Source of the DNA: Prorocentrum cordatum
Taxonomy: Eukaryota
Assembly (NCBI GenBank): GCA_963575745.1
Contig: CAUYUJ010000315.1
Span: forward strand, 1 to 64,000
DNA: 64,000 nucleotides
Reading direction: 5' to 3'
Shown: in pieces, positions 22,401-35,857 of the stretch
How positions within the stretch are numbered: the first letter of the stretch is position 1
Layout: the number at the start of each line of letters is the position of its first letter
The notes under the pieces: generated by a model
The model's database searches: none
What the model saw: the letters and a program-made list of their open reading frames with translations, nothing else
Told to the model about the DNA's origin: nothing
Translations under genes and position numbers: made by a program

Positions 22401-23213
22401 TGAGTGAGACGTTGGTTCCTCCCCCCTGCACATCATTATCACCCGAGGGGTGGTCGTACGTGTACCTGTCTTAGTTGCGTGCCCTCCCCAGTGGCAGAGG
22501 TCTGCCAGGGAGGGAGGGGCTGCGCCTGTTACAGGTGCCAGAGACCGCAACGATCAGCGACCGAGAGGAGGAAGAGGAGGAGGAGGAGGGGGAGGAGGAG
22601 GACGAGGAGCAGGAGGAGGAGGAGACGAGGACAGGAGGAAACGAGACGAGGAGGATGAGGAGGAGGAGGAGGAGGAGGAGAAGGATGAGGAGAAGGAGGA
22701 GGAGGATGGAGGAGGGAGGGAGAAGGGAAGGGGAGAAGGAGGAGGAGGAGGAGGAAGAGGAGGAGGAGGAGGACGACGAGGAGGAGGGGGAGGAGGTGGA
22801 GGAGAGGAGACGAGGAGGAGGAGACGAGGAGCAGGAGGAGGAGGAGGAAGAGGAGGAGGAGGACGACGAGGAGGAGGGGGAGGAGGTGGAGGAGAGGAGA
22901 CGAGGAGGAGGAGACGAGGAGCAGGAGGAGGAGGAGGAGGAGGAGAAGAAGGAGGAGGCGGAGGAGGAACAGGAGGAGGAGGAGGAGGAGGAGGAGGAGG
23001 AGGAGCATGGCGACAGAACCAGTTAGTAAGTGAGGCAGCTCAAAAGCCCTGCTGCTTCCCTCTGGTAAGTGAAGCACTTCAAAAGCTCTGCTGCTTCCCT
23101 CTGGCCAACTCGCCCTTACAGCGAGCCTTGGGCCAGAGGCCTTGGGAAATGGGGAGGGGGAGGAGGAGGAGGAGGAGGAGGAGGAGGAGGAGGAGGAGGA
23201 GGAGGAGGAGGAG

Positions 23214-23298
23214 GACGAGACGAGACGAGACGAGACGAGACGAGACGAGACGAGACGAGACGAGACGAGACGAGACGAGACGAGACGAGACTAGACGA
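23214..23298. repeat. (GACGA)n pentanucleotide microsatellite
   Basis: Directly visible. Confidence 0.95.
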
Positions 23299-24040
23299 GG
23301 AAGAGGGGGAGAAGGAGGAGCAGCAGGAGGCGCGGCAAGCCGCAGCAGCCCGCAGCCTTCGCCAGCTGGGGCCGCGCGGCTGGCCGCCCCCACCACGGGA
23401 ACGCGGATGCTCTGGACCATCAAGCCCGACAGTTCCTCGTCGTCCTGCATGGCGGCCAGCGTATGTCCGAGGTGGCAGCACGAGGAGGAGTAGGAGGGAG
23501 GACGAGGAGGAGGAGGAGGAGGAGAAGGAGAAGAAGGAGGAGAATGAGAGAAAAAGAGGAGACGAGAAGAGGAGGATGAGGATGAGGAGGAGCAGGAGGA
23601 GGAGGAGGAGGAGCAAGGGACAGGAGGGCGGGAGGAGGAAGAGGAGGAGGAGGAGGAGGAGGAGGAGGAGGAGGAAGAGGATGAGGAGAAGGTATAATGA
23701 GGAGGTGGAGGAGGAAGAACAGGAGGCAGGATGGAGAAGGGAGGGTGAGGTGAGAGCAGGATAAGACAGGAAAGAAAAGGAAGCCTCGGGGATGCGAGCG
23801 CTGGCCAGATAGGAAGGCACGAGAGGATGGTCATGCAGGTGTGGAGGTCACCAATGATCTGCCAGGCCTGCTCCGCCCGGCGGCAGTGCAGCAGGAGCCC
23901 CCTTAGGAACTGAGGACATGGCTCAGACGCGGGAACGGAAAAGGAGGAGGGAGGAGGGGAGGGAGGGGGGAGAGGGAGGGGGGGGGAGGGAGGAGGGCGG
24001 AGGGGGGGGAGAGGGGGGAGGGAGGGAGGAGGGGAGGAGG

Positions 24041-24655
24041 ACAAGCTAGGTGCGCTCGCGTCATATCTGACGTCCTACACCTCCCTCCCATCGCTTGCCA
24101 TGGCGTAGATCTCTTCTCTATTCGCACAGTCGGATGGCGTAGCATGGTGTTGAAGATCAACACGTATCATGACATAGCATGGCGTGGCGACGCCCCAAAG
24201 TGGGGGTGGCTTTGCGGCCCAAGAAAACAACGAGTCGACACCGAATGTGTAATCACTTCCGATGGTTGTTGTCGGGGGGGCATTTTCTAGACTTGGGGGC
24301 CTCTTTGGAAAGATCGAGAACCATGCCGTGGCATGGCGCTGGACATAATGACACCAGCGCTGCAGCGGGAGCGGAGCACGATTCGGAACGAGCGGAAGCG
24401 CGGAATGAGGCCAGCGCTGCAGAAGGAGCACGATTCGGAACGAGCAGAAGCGCGGAACTGAGGCCAGCGTTGCAGCGGGAGCACGATTCGAAACGAGCGG
24501 AAGCCTGAAAATGAGGCCAACGCTTCAGCGGGAGCAACAATTGGAAAACAAGCCCAAGCGAAAACTCGTTTCCTGGGAATCCTGTGTAAAAAAACCGTAC
24601 GCGGAAGGGGGCCGGATATCTGCCGGACGTCACCAGGGGAGAGAGGAGAATAGTA
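24041..24655 (-). repeat. Dispersed repeat family B, copy 2, with internal ~53-bp tandem repeat (24353-24540)
   Basis: Ends are the reverse complement of 2685-3537. Internal units CCAGCGCTGCAG..GAGCACGATTCGGAACGAGCGGAAGC. Confidence 0.75.
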
Positions 24656-24669
24656 TGAATAAAGGAGGA

Positions 24670-25610
24670 CCTGTGTAAACCGAAGACTCATCAACGATGT
24701 TGGAATACACCCTCGAGCTCCCCTGTCGCAGGCCTCTGCAAGGGTTCTCTTCCACTGAGGGAACTGCCCCGTTGAACAGTCTGAAAATTCGGGAACGCGC
24801 CCAAACACCATTCACAGGACGTCAAATCCACGAGTTCAACTGACTGTTACGTCTTGGTAATCTGTTACGTCTTGGCAATCTTGAATAGTGCCAGGACGCG
24901 ATCGCAGGGACTTCAACACAACCAACCAACGTAATTGTTACGCCCTGACATTCCTGAATCGTTCCACAACATCACCTATGGTACGTTAGCCGCGAGAATC
25001 AATACAACTTCTGCTTTATCTGAACGTATGTCCGCGGCGCTAAGGCGAGAGCCACATGTTGAAAAGGAGCCGCCCTCAATCGGTGAAGCTCTTGCAAATT
25101 TATAAACGAATAAGCGCGGCGCTGAGGCGAGAACTGAATATTGAAAGCGAACCGACGCCAATCCGTGAATTTTTTGCAATGTTTAAAACGAATGTGCGCG
25201 GCGATACGGCAAGAACCACATTTTGAACACGACCTACACGCAGTCCGTAAAACTCGAGCACATGTTTAAAGCGACTGTGCACGGCGCTAGGGCGAGAGTC
25301 ACATGTCGAAAACCACCTACCCTCAATCCGTGAAGGTCTTTCAAAAGTTTAGAACGAGTGTGCGCGGCGCTAACTCGAGAGCTATATTTTGAAAACCACC
25401 CGCCCTCAATCCGTGAAGCTTTTGCACATGTTTTTAACGAACGTGCGCGGCGCCACGGCGAGAGCCACATTTTGAAAACCACCCGCCCTCAATCTGCGAA
25501 TCGGTTGCTATTCTTTACGCTTGCAGATCATCGCTGCTGAGGGAGTCTCAATCGGAACGCCCAGCCCGCCCTTTCGACCGGCATCCGGGTGCAACAGGGA
25601 GGAGTTGCTT
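24670..25610 (+). repeat. Dispersed repeat family A, copy 2
   Basis: Same head and tail as 5090-5960. Subunits recur at ~82-bp spacing (about 25033, 25115, 25197, 25279, 25362, 25445). Confidence 0.85.
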
Positions 25611-26269
25611 AGAAGGAGAAGGAATGGAGGAGGAGACAGGAGGGAGGGAGAAGGGAGGTGCGAAAAAGGAAGCGGGAGGAGGAGCAGGAGAAGGAGGAAG
25701 AAGGAGGTAGGGAGGAGGGAGGCGTAATTAGGAGGGGGAGGCGTAATTAGGAGGAGGAGGAGGAAAAGGAGGAGGAAAAGGAGGAGGAGGAGCAGGAGGA
25801 GAAGGGAGGCAGAGGAGGCGGCTATGCTTCGTCTCGGTCCTCGTCCTCCTTGCCCCCGTTCTGCCCCTCCTCCGCCCCCCCCCCCCCCCCCACTTCCCCA
25901 CTGCTCGTCCTCGTCCTCGTCCTCGTCCTCGTCTTCCTCCTCGCCCTCCTGGTGCGGGCGCGCGCGTCGGCCCCGCCCCCGGGATGTCCTCGCTGCCGGA
26001 CCCGTCGGAATCGCAGGCTGGCGCCAGGGGCGAGCCGTCCTGCCCCGGGAGACCACGGGCGGGCCGGCAAAGCGAGACCACCGCGATGAGGAGGAGGAGG
26101 AGGAGGAGGAGGCGGAGGAGGAGGCGGAGGAGGAGGCGAAGGAAGAGGAGGAGGAGGAGGAGGAGGAAGAGAAGGAGGATGAGGAGGAGGAGGAGGAGGA
26201 GGAGGAGGCGGAGGAGGAGGCGAAGGAAGAGGAGGAGGAGGAGGAGGAAGAGAAGGAGGATGAGGAGGA

Positions 26270-29200
26270 GGGCACGAAGCTCGGCGAGCAGGTCGATCTG
26301 CGGCCTCGCCTATGCTTGCATGCGGTGCAGAGCGGCCAGTCTCACACCAGACCGATGATCCGCTCCGGCATCCAGGCCCACGTCCACGCGGTTCTTCTGG
26401 ATGTGGTAGCACTGGCACATGAGGCCGACCGAGTAGATGCAGTCCGTGATCGGTCTCCTTGCGTGGAACTGCGCGTCGCCGAACCCGAGGAGCTCGACGC
26501 CGTGGCCCAGGGAGTCCGCGCCAGCGTCTCCCGCGGTCATCGCCCTGAGGATCGGGCAGACGATGTAGTGCTCGAGCGCGTCCTCCTCATCGCAGCCGAA
26601 CAGGCATGGACGCGCATCGATGACGGCGCTCATGCGGCGAGATGTCGTCCAGCCGTTGACCGCGGTGCGGATCCACGACCACATCCATGAAGGGCGGACC
26701 TCCGTCAGCTTGTCACGCAGCGGAGGCCACCTCTCGCGCAGCTCGGGAAGCGAGCACGCGACTCCCCACCTGCGCAGCCGACGGTGGATGGTGGCCACCA
26801 GGTCCTCGGGGTACAGCGAGCCTCGGAGCGATATGGCGGCCGTGGCCTGGCGCTTGGGCTTCCTGTTGGGGATGGCCGCTGCCGCCGCCTTCGTCTCCAG
26901 GGTCATCGCCGCCTTCGCAATCTTGATGTACCTGCTCGGAATCGGGACCGGGAGCACATCGAGCGTCGGTCTGGGGATGTTCAACTGGCCGTAGGTGTCC
27001 GTGATGATGGCGAAGTTCTGTACGATCGCCCTCCGCGTCTGCCACCACGGCGGCGACCAGTTGCCCTTGATCACGTCGACCAGTGGGACATGCTCCACCG
27101 CAGCTTCATGAAGATGGTGAAGGTGAGCTTCCCATTCGCGAACCGTGTTCTCCGCCGTGCGCATCGTCGCCGCGAGCGTGTACGGGAAGAGGCCCGTCGG
27201 CGAGGGGGAGCCGCACCACGCGCTCATCGACAGGATGTCGGCCTTGCGCATGGACGAGGGCGGCAGCCGCAGCAGGCGGTGCAGGGAGGTGAACTCGACC
27301 TTCCAGATGGCAGGCACAATGAAGTAGAACTGCGCGAGGTACGACAGGCACGGTAGCGCGTTGATGTTGCACGCGCGGGCCGCAAGGCTGGTGGCCATGC
27401 CAGTGCGCGCCAGTTCCCAGCAGCGGGTCCACCATTTCCCCGCAGCAGCCTTCCAGATGCCGAAGTCTGTGACGCCTGGTCCCAGGTGAGTCCCCGGTAC
27501 TTGGCCGTGGAGTCGACGCGGAAGCCCGACCAGCGGGGGACCTCCTCAGCGAGGAAAGACTAAACGTCCTGCAGTGTGTCCTCCGAGAGCTCCTCCCACA
27601 GCGGAACCAGCGCGCACTTGTGCAGCGCCAGCTGCAGGTTGAAGGCAAACTCTATGGAGACGAAGGTGTAGTCGATGCTAGGGAGGGCGACAGCGTTCTT
27701 GATCAGCATCCCGAGGTCGTCGGCGCAAGCCGTGAGGAACCCATGCTCTGCAATCGCAACCAGCAGCGCGCGGATGGGCGCGTCCATGGCCAAGCACCAG
27801 ACCGTGCCAGAGAGCGGGCATCCTTGCATGATGCCGCATAGGAGCGCGAACAGCGGCTCGAACTCCGCGCTGGCGCCCTCGGCGCGGAAGGAGCTGAAGG
27901 CGAGGCAGTTGCTGTAGAGCGCCGCGACCACGTTGCAGAAGCCCAGCGGGACCCCGAAGCGCGGGAGGACCTTGTCGATGACTTCCCTGAAGAGTGAGGG
28001 GAAGGCCTGACGGAAGTCGAACGACAGGAACATGGGGCGGCGGGTCGCCGCGTCAGGAAGAAGGCCCCCCCGACGGCATTCCGCGTCCAGGTACGGGATG
28101 TGGTCGACGAAGCGCCGCCCAGCAGTGAAGCCCTTCTGCTCGGGTGAGGTAGATGATGTGGCGATGGGCTGGAGCCCGCGGTCTGCGCAGGCCGCTATCA
28201 GCTTGGCGTCGCAGTTCTTCAGAGAGAGGGTGCGCACCGTGGAGGCCGTGCGCGTGCAGGAGTCGGGGACGTCGTCCTCCTCCGTGCCCTTTGGCACGCA
28301 GATGAAGATCGACCAGTTGAGGTCGAGCGGGGCCACGCCGTCGTTGAAGAGGACTCCCATGAGACCCTGGAGATGCTGCAAGGCTCCAGGGCTGCGGCGC
28401 CACGCTGCGTACGACAGCTGATCTGGTCCCGCAGCGCTCGGCGGGGCCCTACTGGCCGCACGTTCCAAGTCATGTAGAGCTGGTTGAGGTAGTTCCACCG
28501 CGGGCTTCCTTGGCGCGTGCTTGTCCAGGAAAGCGCCCAAGGCCTTGAGCTGTTCAGAGTTCGGCACCTTCGCGAAGATCTCACCCCAGTAGTTCGCTAC
28601 GGTCGCCTTCATGCCCGCGGGATCGGAGACCACGCGCTGAGCCACCTTCGAGTCCTTGGCGGCACACGGTGCGGAGTCCACGCGCAGGCCCGACAGGATC
28701 ATACGTCGCCGCCACGGGACCCAGAGCTGCGCATGCCTGGCGGCCTTGCGCTCAACCCTCCGCCAGGCTGCGCTGTCGCGCACGTTGGCCGTCCGAGCTG
28801 CTGCCTCCGCCGCCTGCCTGCGCAGGGAGTGCACCCGCTCGGCGACGGCATCGAAGTTGGTGGCGAAGCTGTGGGGGTCCACGAGGCGCACGGTGCCGTC
28901 GGCAACGTGGAGGTGGGCGGCCAGCGCAGGGCAGGACTCGAGAAGCCTGCCTGCCAGGGCAGCGTCCTGTCGCCAGACAGCCCGCGCCGCCGACTTGAAG
29001 CCCATGTACGAGGTCTCGACCATGGAGTCCTTGACGTGTAGGGAGAAGTTGGTCCGCAGCTGGTCATCACGAACGCGTCGCGCTGCAAGTTTCATGCACT
29101 GCTTCGCTGCTCTCCAGCGGCCTTCCGCCGTTTCCCCCGCCAAGGAGCAGTGGTCCAGCATGAGCGTGTAGGTCTCAGGGTACTTCCTGTGGTTGAAGAG

Positions 29201-29440
29201 GTGCGTCGGGATTGGCTGCTCGTCTCGTGGTACCTGGCGCGCGGCAGTGATCTGCAGGACGAGGGGCGCGTGGTCGCTGATGCCCTCCTCGGAAAGCTCC
29301 ATCGCGTCCCTCGCAGTGGTGAGGATCGTCGAGACCGAGAGCATGGCGTGCGCGTCGATGCCCAAGAAGATGCGGTCGATCGTGGACAGCTGCTTGCTGG
29401 ACTTGTCGTAGTGGGTCGGCCACTGAGACTCCACCTCCAG
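26270..29440 (-). mobile_element. 5'-truncated LINE (non-LTR retrotransposon): end of APE endonuclease, RT, C-terminal zinc finger; disrupted
   Basis: TIDRIF..SDHAPL (APE C-terminus); GPDQL, RTLSLKNCDAK, DFRQAFPSL, GIMQGCPLS, CADDL (RT); CLFGC..LEHYIVC. Stop at 27560 and a frameshift near 27495 split ORFs 27560-29434 and 26310-27398. Confidence 0.92.
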
Positions 29441-29516
29441 AGCTGGAGGAGGAGGAGGAGGAGGAGGAGGAGGAGGAGGAGGAGGAGGAGGAGAAGGAGG
29501 AGGACCAGTGGAAACA

Positions 29517-32500
29517 GCCGTGGCCTTGGCTCAAGTACGAAACCGTGGCCCGGCGGCTTCGTACTCGTCCGCTGCCAATGGGGCTGGCCCCAGGCCGGCC
29601 GCCCTCCAGTGGCGCGGGCCTTCCCGGTCCTTTCCCCTTCGCTCGCTCAGGGAGGGCCCGCTTTGGCACCGCCTGGCCGCCACGGCCGGGGCAGTCCGAG
29701 GGGGCCTCGAGGAGCAGGGGGGACGGTGGCAAGGGCAGGGCCTGCAGGGGCAGAGGAGGGCGCCCCGCTCCAGGACGCGGCGCCTCCCCGCCAGCGCGGC
29801 GGCCCGAGCCCAGCGGCCCCCCCTGGCAGTGAGGCGTCAGCGTTTCTCGTGGGAGCGTGCTGGATGCAGTGCCAGTCGTGAACCTGCGTCGCCCGCGGTG
29901 CTGGCGGCGTGGGCGACACGGGGAAGCACCGGGCTCTTCCCGGGCCCCGTCGCACGCCAGGGCGGGCAGCACCATCGGGGACGAGGCGAAGATCGGCCCG
30001 CGGATGTCCCGGCTGCCAGCTGCCAGCAGTCCCTGGACCTGCTCAAGGGCACGGGGGGCAACGCTGAGTCTGCGACCTCGGACCTGCAAGCCAAAGCAGC
30101 CACTGAGGCAGCGGAGGCAGCGATGGAGCAGCTGCGGGCCGAGCGAGATTCAGGTAAATAGGAAAATCGACTATTTCGAGCACGCTGCAGTCGTCCGATT
30201 CGTGTTCAGGAACAACCTGAGCAACAGCGCAGACACGCGGAAGAACAAACGGCGGCCCTAGCGGACATTTGTTGCTCAGCATGTACTCCTGGCGGCAGAC
30301 CTCGAGGCTGCAAAGGAGACGCAGGCTGAGCTTGAGGAGAAGGTGCAAGAGCTTCATCGCAGCGCCCCTATACGATCCTTTATATGAACGCACCGCCTAG
30401 GCTCATGGCGCCGTTCCACACCATGGAGTTCGGAGGCAAAGGAGCGGCCGTGGTAGCAATGAGTGGCATGCAGTCTGGCAGGGACCTCGACAGATGCTTC
30501 GCTGGGCTCAACTACCCGCCTTGCGCACCGCCCTGCACGACCACATGGCGGCCTTCGCGGGGGCTGAGAGGGCTGAGGCGAAGGTTCCTCCGCCACCGCC
30601 GCAGCCTGAGGAGCGCGCCAGGGCAGCCGCCGCAGCAATGGGCCTATAGAGGAGGCCGAGGCCGCGGCCGCGCCGGCAGACGCGGTCACGCCGCAGGCGC
30701 CTACGGCCGAGAGGCGCTCGGCGGAGCAGGCGGAGCTCGAGGCTGAGGATTGCCCTGCGAGGACTGGGACCGGGTAGGCGGCGGAGGCGGCGAATCCGCC
30801 GCCAGGGCAACACTCAGCATGACTGCGAGAAGGGCGGCCAGCTCGTCATCCAGACGGCGAATGCCAACTCGTGGAGCACGGCGGCTGCCCCCACATCGTG
30901 GGCTCTTCTGCACGCACTGTACCAGTTCACGAACATGAGCTTCATGGTCAGCTTTTGTTGGAGGCCAAGGGGCACCTCAGTCGGCAAGGGTGGGGCAACT
31001 TTTGGGCACCGCGCATTGTCGCTCAGCGTGCTGGCAAGAGTGCTGGAGTCTGCATGTTGGCGAGGTCTCATCTGGATGCTTGGCAAACTCATTCGGGCCC
31101 CGTCGAGATCTGAGGTCAGAACCATCCAGTGCTACTTCAGGAGTGAGTCCTTGGGACAGATTCCGATAGTGTAACTATTGGAAAGATTGCGTCGGCCTCG
31201 GGGAACAGAACCTTCGGCTGGCTCAGTGTCGTCTGGGAAGAGATATCCCGAGGAGGAAATTACCGCTTGTGTCCCGAGAAAATCGCAAACTGGAGCCTCA
31301 TTTGTTTCAGAAAAGCTTGCGCCTCACAAGGTGAGCGGTAAGTTGACGGTGCCCTCACCTAGGCAAACTTGTCTTTCCGGCACGCCAAGTCGTTGCTAAA
31401 ACTATTTCTGGTCAACAAGAACTTGCTGCTAGGCATTGAGTCGGTCGAGACCGACATGCACGCGGATACGCAGATGTGTATTCCCGCATCGCCCCGTCAG
31501 GCTGAAGTTTCCCAGAAGGCTCGACCAAGTGACGGCTCAGAGGCTCCTGAAGTACCAGAAGCTCCCCCTGCACCTCCTCATGGGACCCGCTCCTCATGGC
31601 CCGAGTTATTCGCATGTCGCTGAGTCTCTGGTGGCGCTCTTGGAGCCCTCTGCTGTTCCTGGAGGCGTTCAGGTTCCTGCAGAACGTTAGCGCGCAGGTC
31701 TCCAGGCTCGGCCTTTCTACCAATTGAAGCCAGCTTCCTGAAGCGCGCGTGATCAGGCAGCCGTTGTGGTTCTTGCATTTGACGATGAACCCCAAAATTG
31801 GGCATCAATCGTATTCCGGTTTACATGTGGAAAAAATCGCAGCTGCGCCGGGCATTCGGATTTGATTCGCGGTGAGGCTGGCTTTGCTACTTGGCATGAG
31901 CGGTGGCGCGAGCTGTCTCGCGGGGGGAACTTCGCAACGAACCTCGAAGCTTTCCAGGAGGCGGGCCAGGGGGCCCGCCGTGCATGACGGACGAGGTCCC
32001 CATGTCCGAGCTGCTCTGCCACAAGCGCCCCCCCCCCGCCCCAGAGCCCGCGCCGTGCCCTGAGATGGTTGTCGCGCAGCGCCGTGCAGAGGTGTAGGCA
32101 TTTACTCAAGCATGAGAGAGCCAACGCAGTCGCAGTGCATACTACTCTGACTTGGCCAGGGCCAGCTGCAAGGCATCAGCCCGAGGTGGCGCCCTCAAGG
32201 CCCGCTTCCCTGGATGCCGCGAGTTCTGGTGCGGCTGTTTGAAGGCTGCGCTGGTCTCACTCTGGAAACCCTCGAGGCTCGACTCGGCGCGGCCTGCCCC
32301 AGCCTTGGTCAGAGAGCTTGCAGATTGTGGCAGACCACTTCGCCACTGAGCGCTTGGCTCGGCAGAGGGCCGATAGATGTAACAAGTGGAAGGATTGGTG
32401 CCCTGAGGCGCTGGCAGGTGGTGCGAAGTGGGCTCGCGCCTATACGAAGGCGGCCAACGACCGCCAGCTGGACATCCTGCCAGCCTCGGACGGCATCGAG

Positions 32501-34300
32501 ACGTTCTGCCTCAAGGCCCAGCTTGATCAGGAACGTATCAGTTGGTCAGATGCCTGGGGAGTTCACGCAGGTGCTCCAGAAGGAATTCAGTGGCCATCCT
32601 GAGCTATTCCTGCTTCCCCAGGGCCCGATGAGATCATCAAGACTTCCAAGAGCTTCACGAGGAACACTACAGCGGCTGACGGCTACCACCCCAGGCACTA
32701 CCAATTCCTCTGTGAACCAGCGCTACCCTGTCTGAGCTCCATTGTTGGGATTACGCCCGTCTTGGGGTCGTCTCCGACCTGGGCGCAGACCTTGATTGTG
32801 GCGTTGTTTCGATAACCCATTGTTGGGAGGCGCCCAACAAGCTTCTTTCAGACCTTGGCCAGGACTCTGCCCAGGTGGAGCACAAGAACGTGCACTCCCT
32901 GGGAGAACACGATCATCGACCCCGGTACCTTTTCAATGGCACCAGACATGAGCCCTGCGGACACGGGCTGGCGCCAAGCTGCACGAAAGGATCTTGCGAT
33001 TTCGCAAGAGGATGTGCCCGGCCTGCCCGCCGACTTGAAGCAGTGCTACGAGCGCGAGAATCAGCAGCGGCTGACTGATTCTGCAACCGAGTGGGGGTTC
33101 CCCTTGTATGTGCTGAGGTTTTCGCTGTGCACGCATGCCTGGGACCGCATTCCAAGTTTGGGAGGGATGCGCGCAGATTCTTTCAGGCCGTCTCAGGGGG
33201 GTGGTTGCTGGCAACCGCACGGCCACCTACGCGAGTAAGTGTTATGTGCTGCCCACTGTCGCTGAGTACTGTGCACGTCGTCCCCCTCCGCCCTAGCCGT
33301 GCACGTATACGATTTGAGCCTCGACGAAAGGAATGCGGATCTGGATTTTTGCGTTATTCGCATGGCGTGTGCTGTTGCTTTTTGGGTGGACCTGCTATCC
33401 AACTTATTCAACCTTCCGTTCCCCATGAACAAATGCAGTATCACTGGGGTGCCACCTACACTGGTTGAACAAAACAACTAGGGTTTCCCTGGATAACCAC
33501 GCTGGCACTCACGGCCCGTCCATCGTGAACTTAGGCTGCGACTTCACTCCAGGTGAGGACCCCAGGGTTAGGAAAGCCACGCGTTGCCCAGCCTGGCAAG
33601 GAAGCGCAACGAATTCTGTGCAGGCTGATCAAATTCAAGCTGTTCTCGGCGCGGGTGGAGACCTTCATGCTATACAGCAGCTTCTGGCAGGCCATACCTG
33701 ATGGCATCGATGAAGCTCTGTCGGATGGACAGGTTCGGTACTTTGACAGGTCGGGCGAAACCAAAAACAAATACCTCCAGGGACAGGCTGTGTTCGGGCA
33801 GGCTGTGTTCGGACAGGCAGTCATTCAGACAGATGATGAACTGGGCCCTTGGCAAGGCCATACTTGGAAACCTATCTGTTTATTGCATCAGTGTGTGGTG
33901 TTTGCGGGGCATTATACGTTCTACTGCAGGCGCCCGACCATTTCGAATTCGACGAAGGAGATGGCGAGCCATTCAGGCTGTTCTTTAATTGCCAGGCCCC
34001 CTTTTCATGTCCTCAAGAGTCGAGGGCAACGAGAAGCGGCAAATCATCGCTTAGCGAGATACGGAAATTACCTTCCCCCGCCAATACCCCGAGTGGACCT
34101 CGAGCAAGGCAAAACCTCATGTAGGAGGTGATGTCGTGGGACAGCCTACACTACGTAAGCTCGGATTCGGTCCTGCCAATGAATATGCTAAACATGGTGC
34201 TCAATTGCAGCCTGAAGTGGCTCAGAACATCATGTATTACGAGCTTGCTCTGGGTAGCTGACAATCTCTAGATTTCGGCATGGCTGAACTGTTAGACTCC
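29517..34300 (+). mobile_element. Heavily decayed LINE beginning with an SL relic
   Basis: Fragments in changing frames: KWKDWCPEALAGGAKWARAYTK, ADGYHPRHY, ADLKQCYE, WGFPLYVLR, VYDLSL (YVDD position), NLGCDFTPG. Their order matches the LINE at 52590-58993. The 3' boundary is uncertain. Confidence 0.65.
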
Positions 34301-34766
34301 CTTTTTCATTGGAGCGGGCCCCTCGTGTACCTCGGCCGAGGGCCCCCCCCCCCCCCAGCTGCCGCAAGCCCCACCATGGTCGTTGGAACGTGTGTAGGTG
34401 GTGGTCCCTAGATTGTGCCCGTTTGCTTGGTTCTGAAAACCTGGGGGCGGTCCTGTGCGAGTCTGACCCCCCCGAAGAGCTCTCCAATTGACCAGGTAGC
34501 GCCCCCGCCCCGCACACCCTGCATGGTGCCAAGGTTGTCGAATCTTCCCTGCCCGCTGTCATGTGCCTACGGTGTGGGGCGCTGTATTCGGGGACCCCTC
34601 GGCAGATGCTGAAACTCGGTAGTGAAGTTTTCGGACAGCAGAGGAGACTGTTGCTGTGAGGAGACCTGCCCTGGCCGCGGGGTCATAAGATCAACTCCCC
34701 ATGGCCCATTCACCTCGCGCTTCAAGAGGAGGCGGAATGGTTGGCCAGGCTCAACAGGTAATCCGC

Positions 34767-34770
34767 TTGT

Positions 34771-34817
<47 letters not shown>

Positions 34818-34853
34818 TTGCTGTTGTTGCTGTTGTTGCTGTTGTTGTTGTTG
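34767..34853. repeat. (GTT/GCT)n microsatellite
   Basis: Directly visible. Confidence 0.95.
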
Positions 34854-35084
34854 TACGCGGCACCGCCTGGTCGGCGACGTGGCGTCGTGGGAGGATCGAA
34901 CTTTTCTTTCGCGGGGCTTGGGGATTAGCGACAGGCGAACCTGGCGCGGGGGCTGGCCACTTGCTCCTTCGGGGAAGGGGGGGTGTCAGTTCTCGCGAGC
35001 TGTGTGTCTTGTCGCTTTCCCCCATCGCCCTACCCTCAGCAGCCCCTTTCGATCACGGAATGGCGGGTGGAAGAGAGAGCCACT

Positions 35085-35382
35085 GGAAACCAGTGCAAAC
35101 GGAAAGCTCATCAACGATGTTGGAATCAATCCTCCCTCCACGCTCCCTCTTCGTAACCCCTACAAAAGATCATGTCCACTGAGGGAACTGCCTCGTTGGG
35201 AGACAACCATGTGAAAACCCGGAAGCAGGCCAACACCATTCCCTAGACTCCAACGCCACGAATCAACCTGACTGTTGCGTCTTGGCGATCCTGAACCGTG
35301 CCAAAACACCGTTCCTGGGACTTCAGCACTGCGCATCAACGTAACTGTTACGCCCTCGCAGTCCTGAATCCTTCCTCCAAAA
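35085..35382 (+). repeat. Dispersed repeat family A, copy 3, 5' part (interrupted by the DIRS-type element)
   Basis: Head homologous to the copies at 5090 and 24670. Continues at 41486. Confidence 0.85.
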
Positions 35383-35857
35383 AACTGTACCCCCAGCTGT
35401 CTGGACCTGCCATGCGCGGAGCGCCTCGATCTTCGAGGCACGCCGACTTTTTCTGGAAGAGAGCTCGCCACCAGCGACGCGTGCGACAGAAGCTTGCACC
35501 TCGAGGTTAGCACGCGCCAAGGGCTGGCCAGGAAACGCGGACAGATTAAAAGAAAAGAGAAAAGGGGAGGGAGGGAGGGAGACTTTGAGCAAACAGCCAT
35601 GGATGGACGGCAGGGCAGCGACAACTAGGGATTCAAAGACGTGTGGAACACTGAACTGTACCCCCAGCTGTCTGGACCTGCCATGCGCGGAGCGCCTCGA
35701 TCTTCGAGGCACGCCGACTTTTTCTGGAAGAGAGCTCGCCACCAGCGACGCGTGCGACAGAAGCTTGCACCTCGAGGTTAGCACACGCCACACCGGACCG
35801 TGCCAAAAAACACGAAGTCGAATGGCCGCAAGGCCGTCATCATTTACTTATAGAGTG

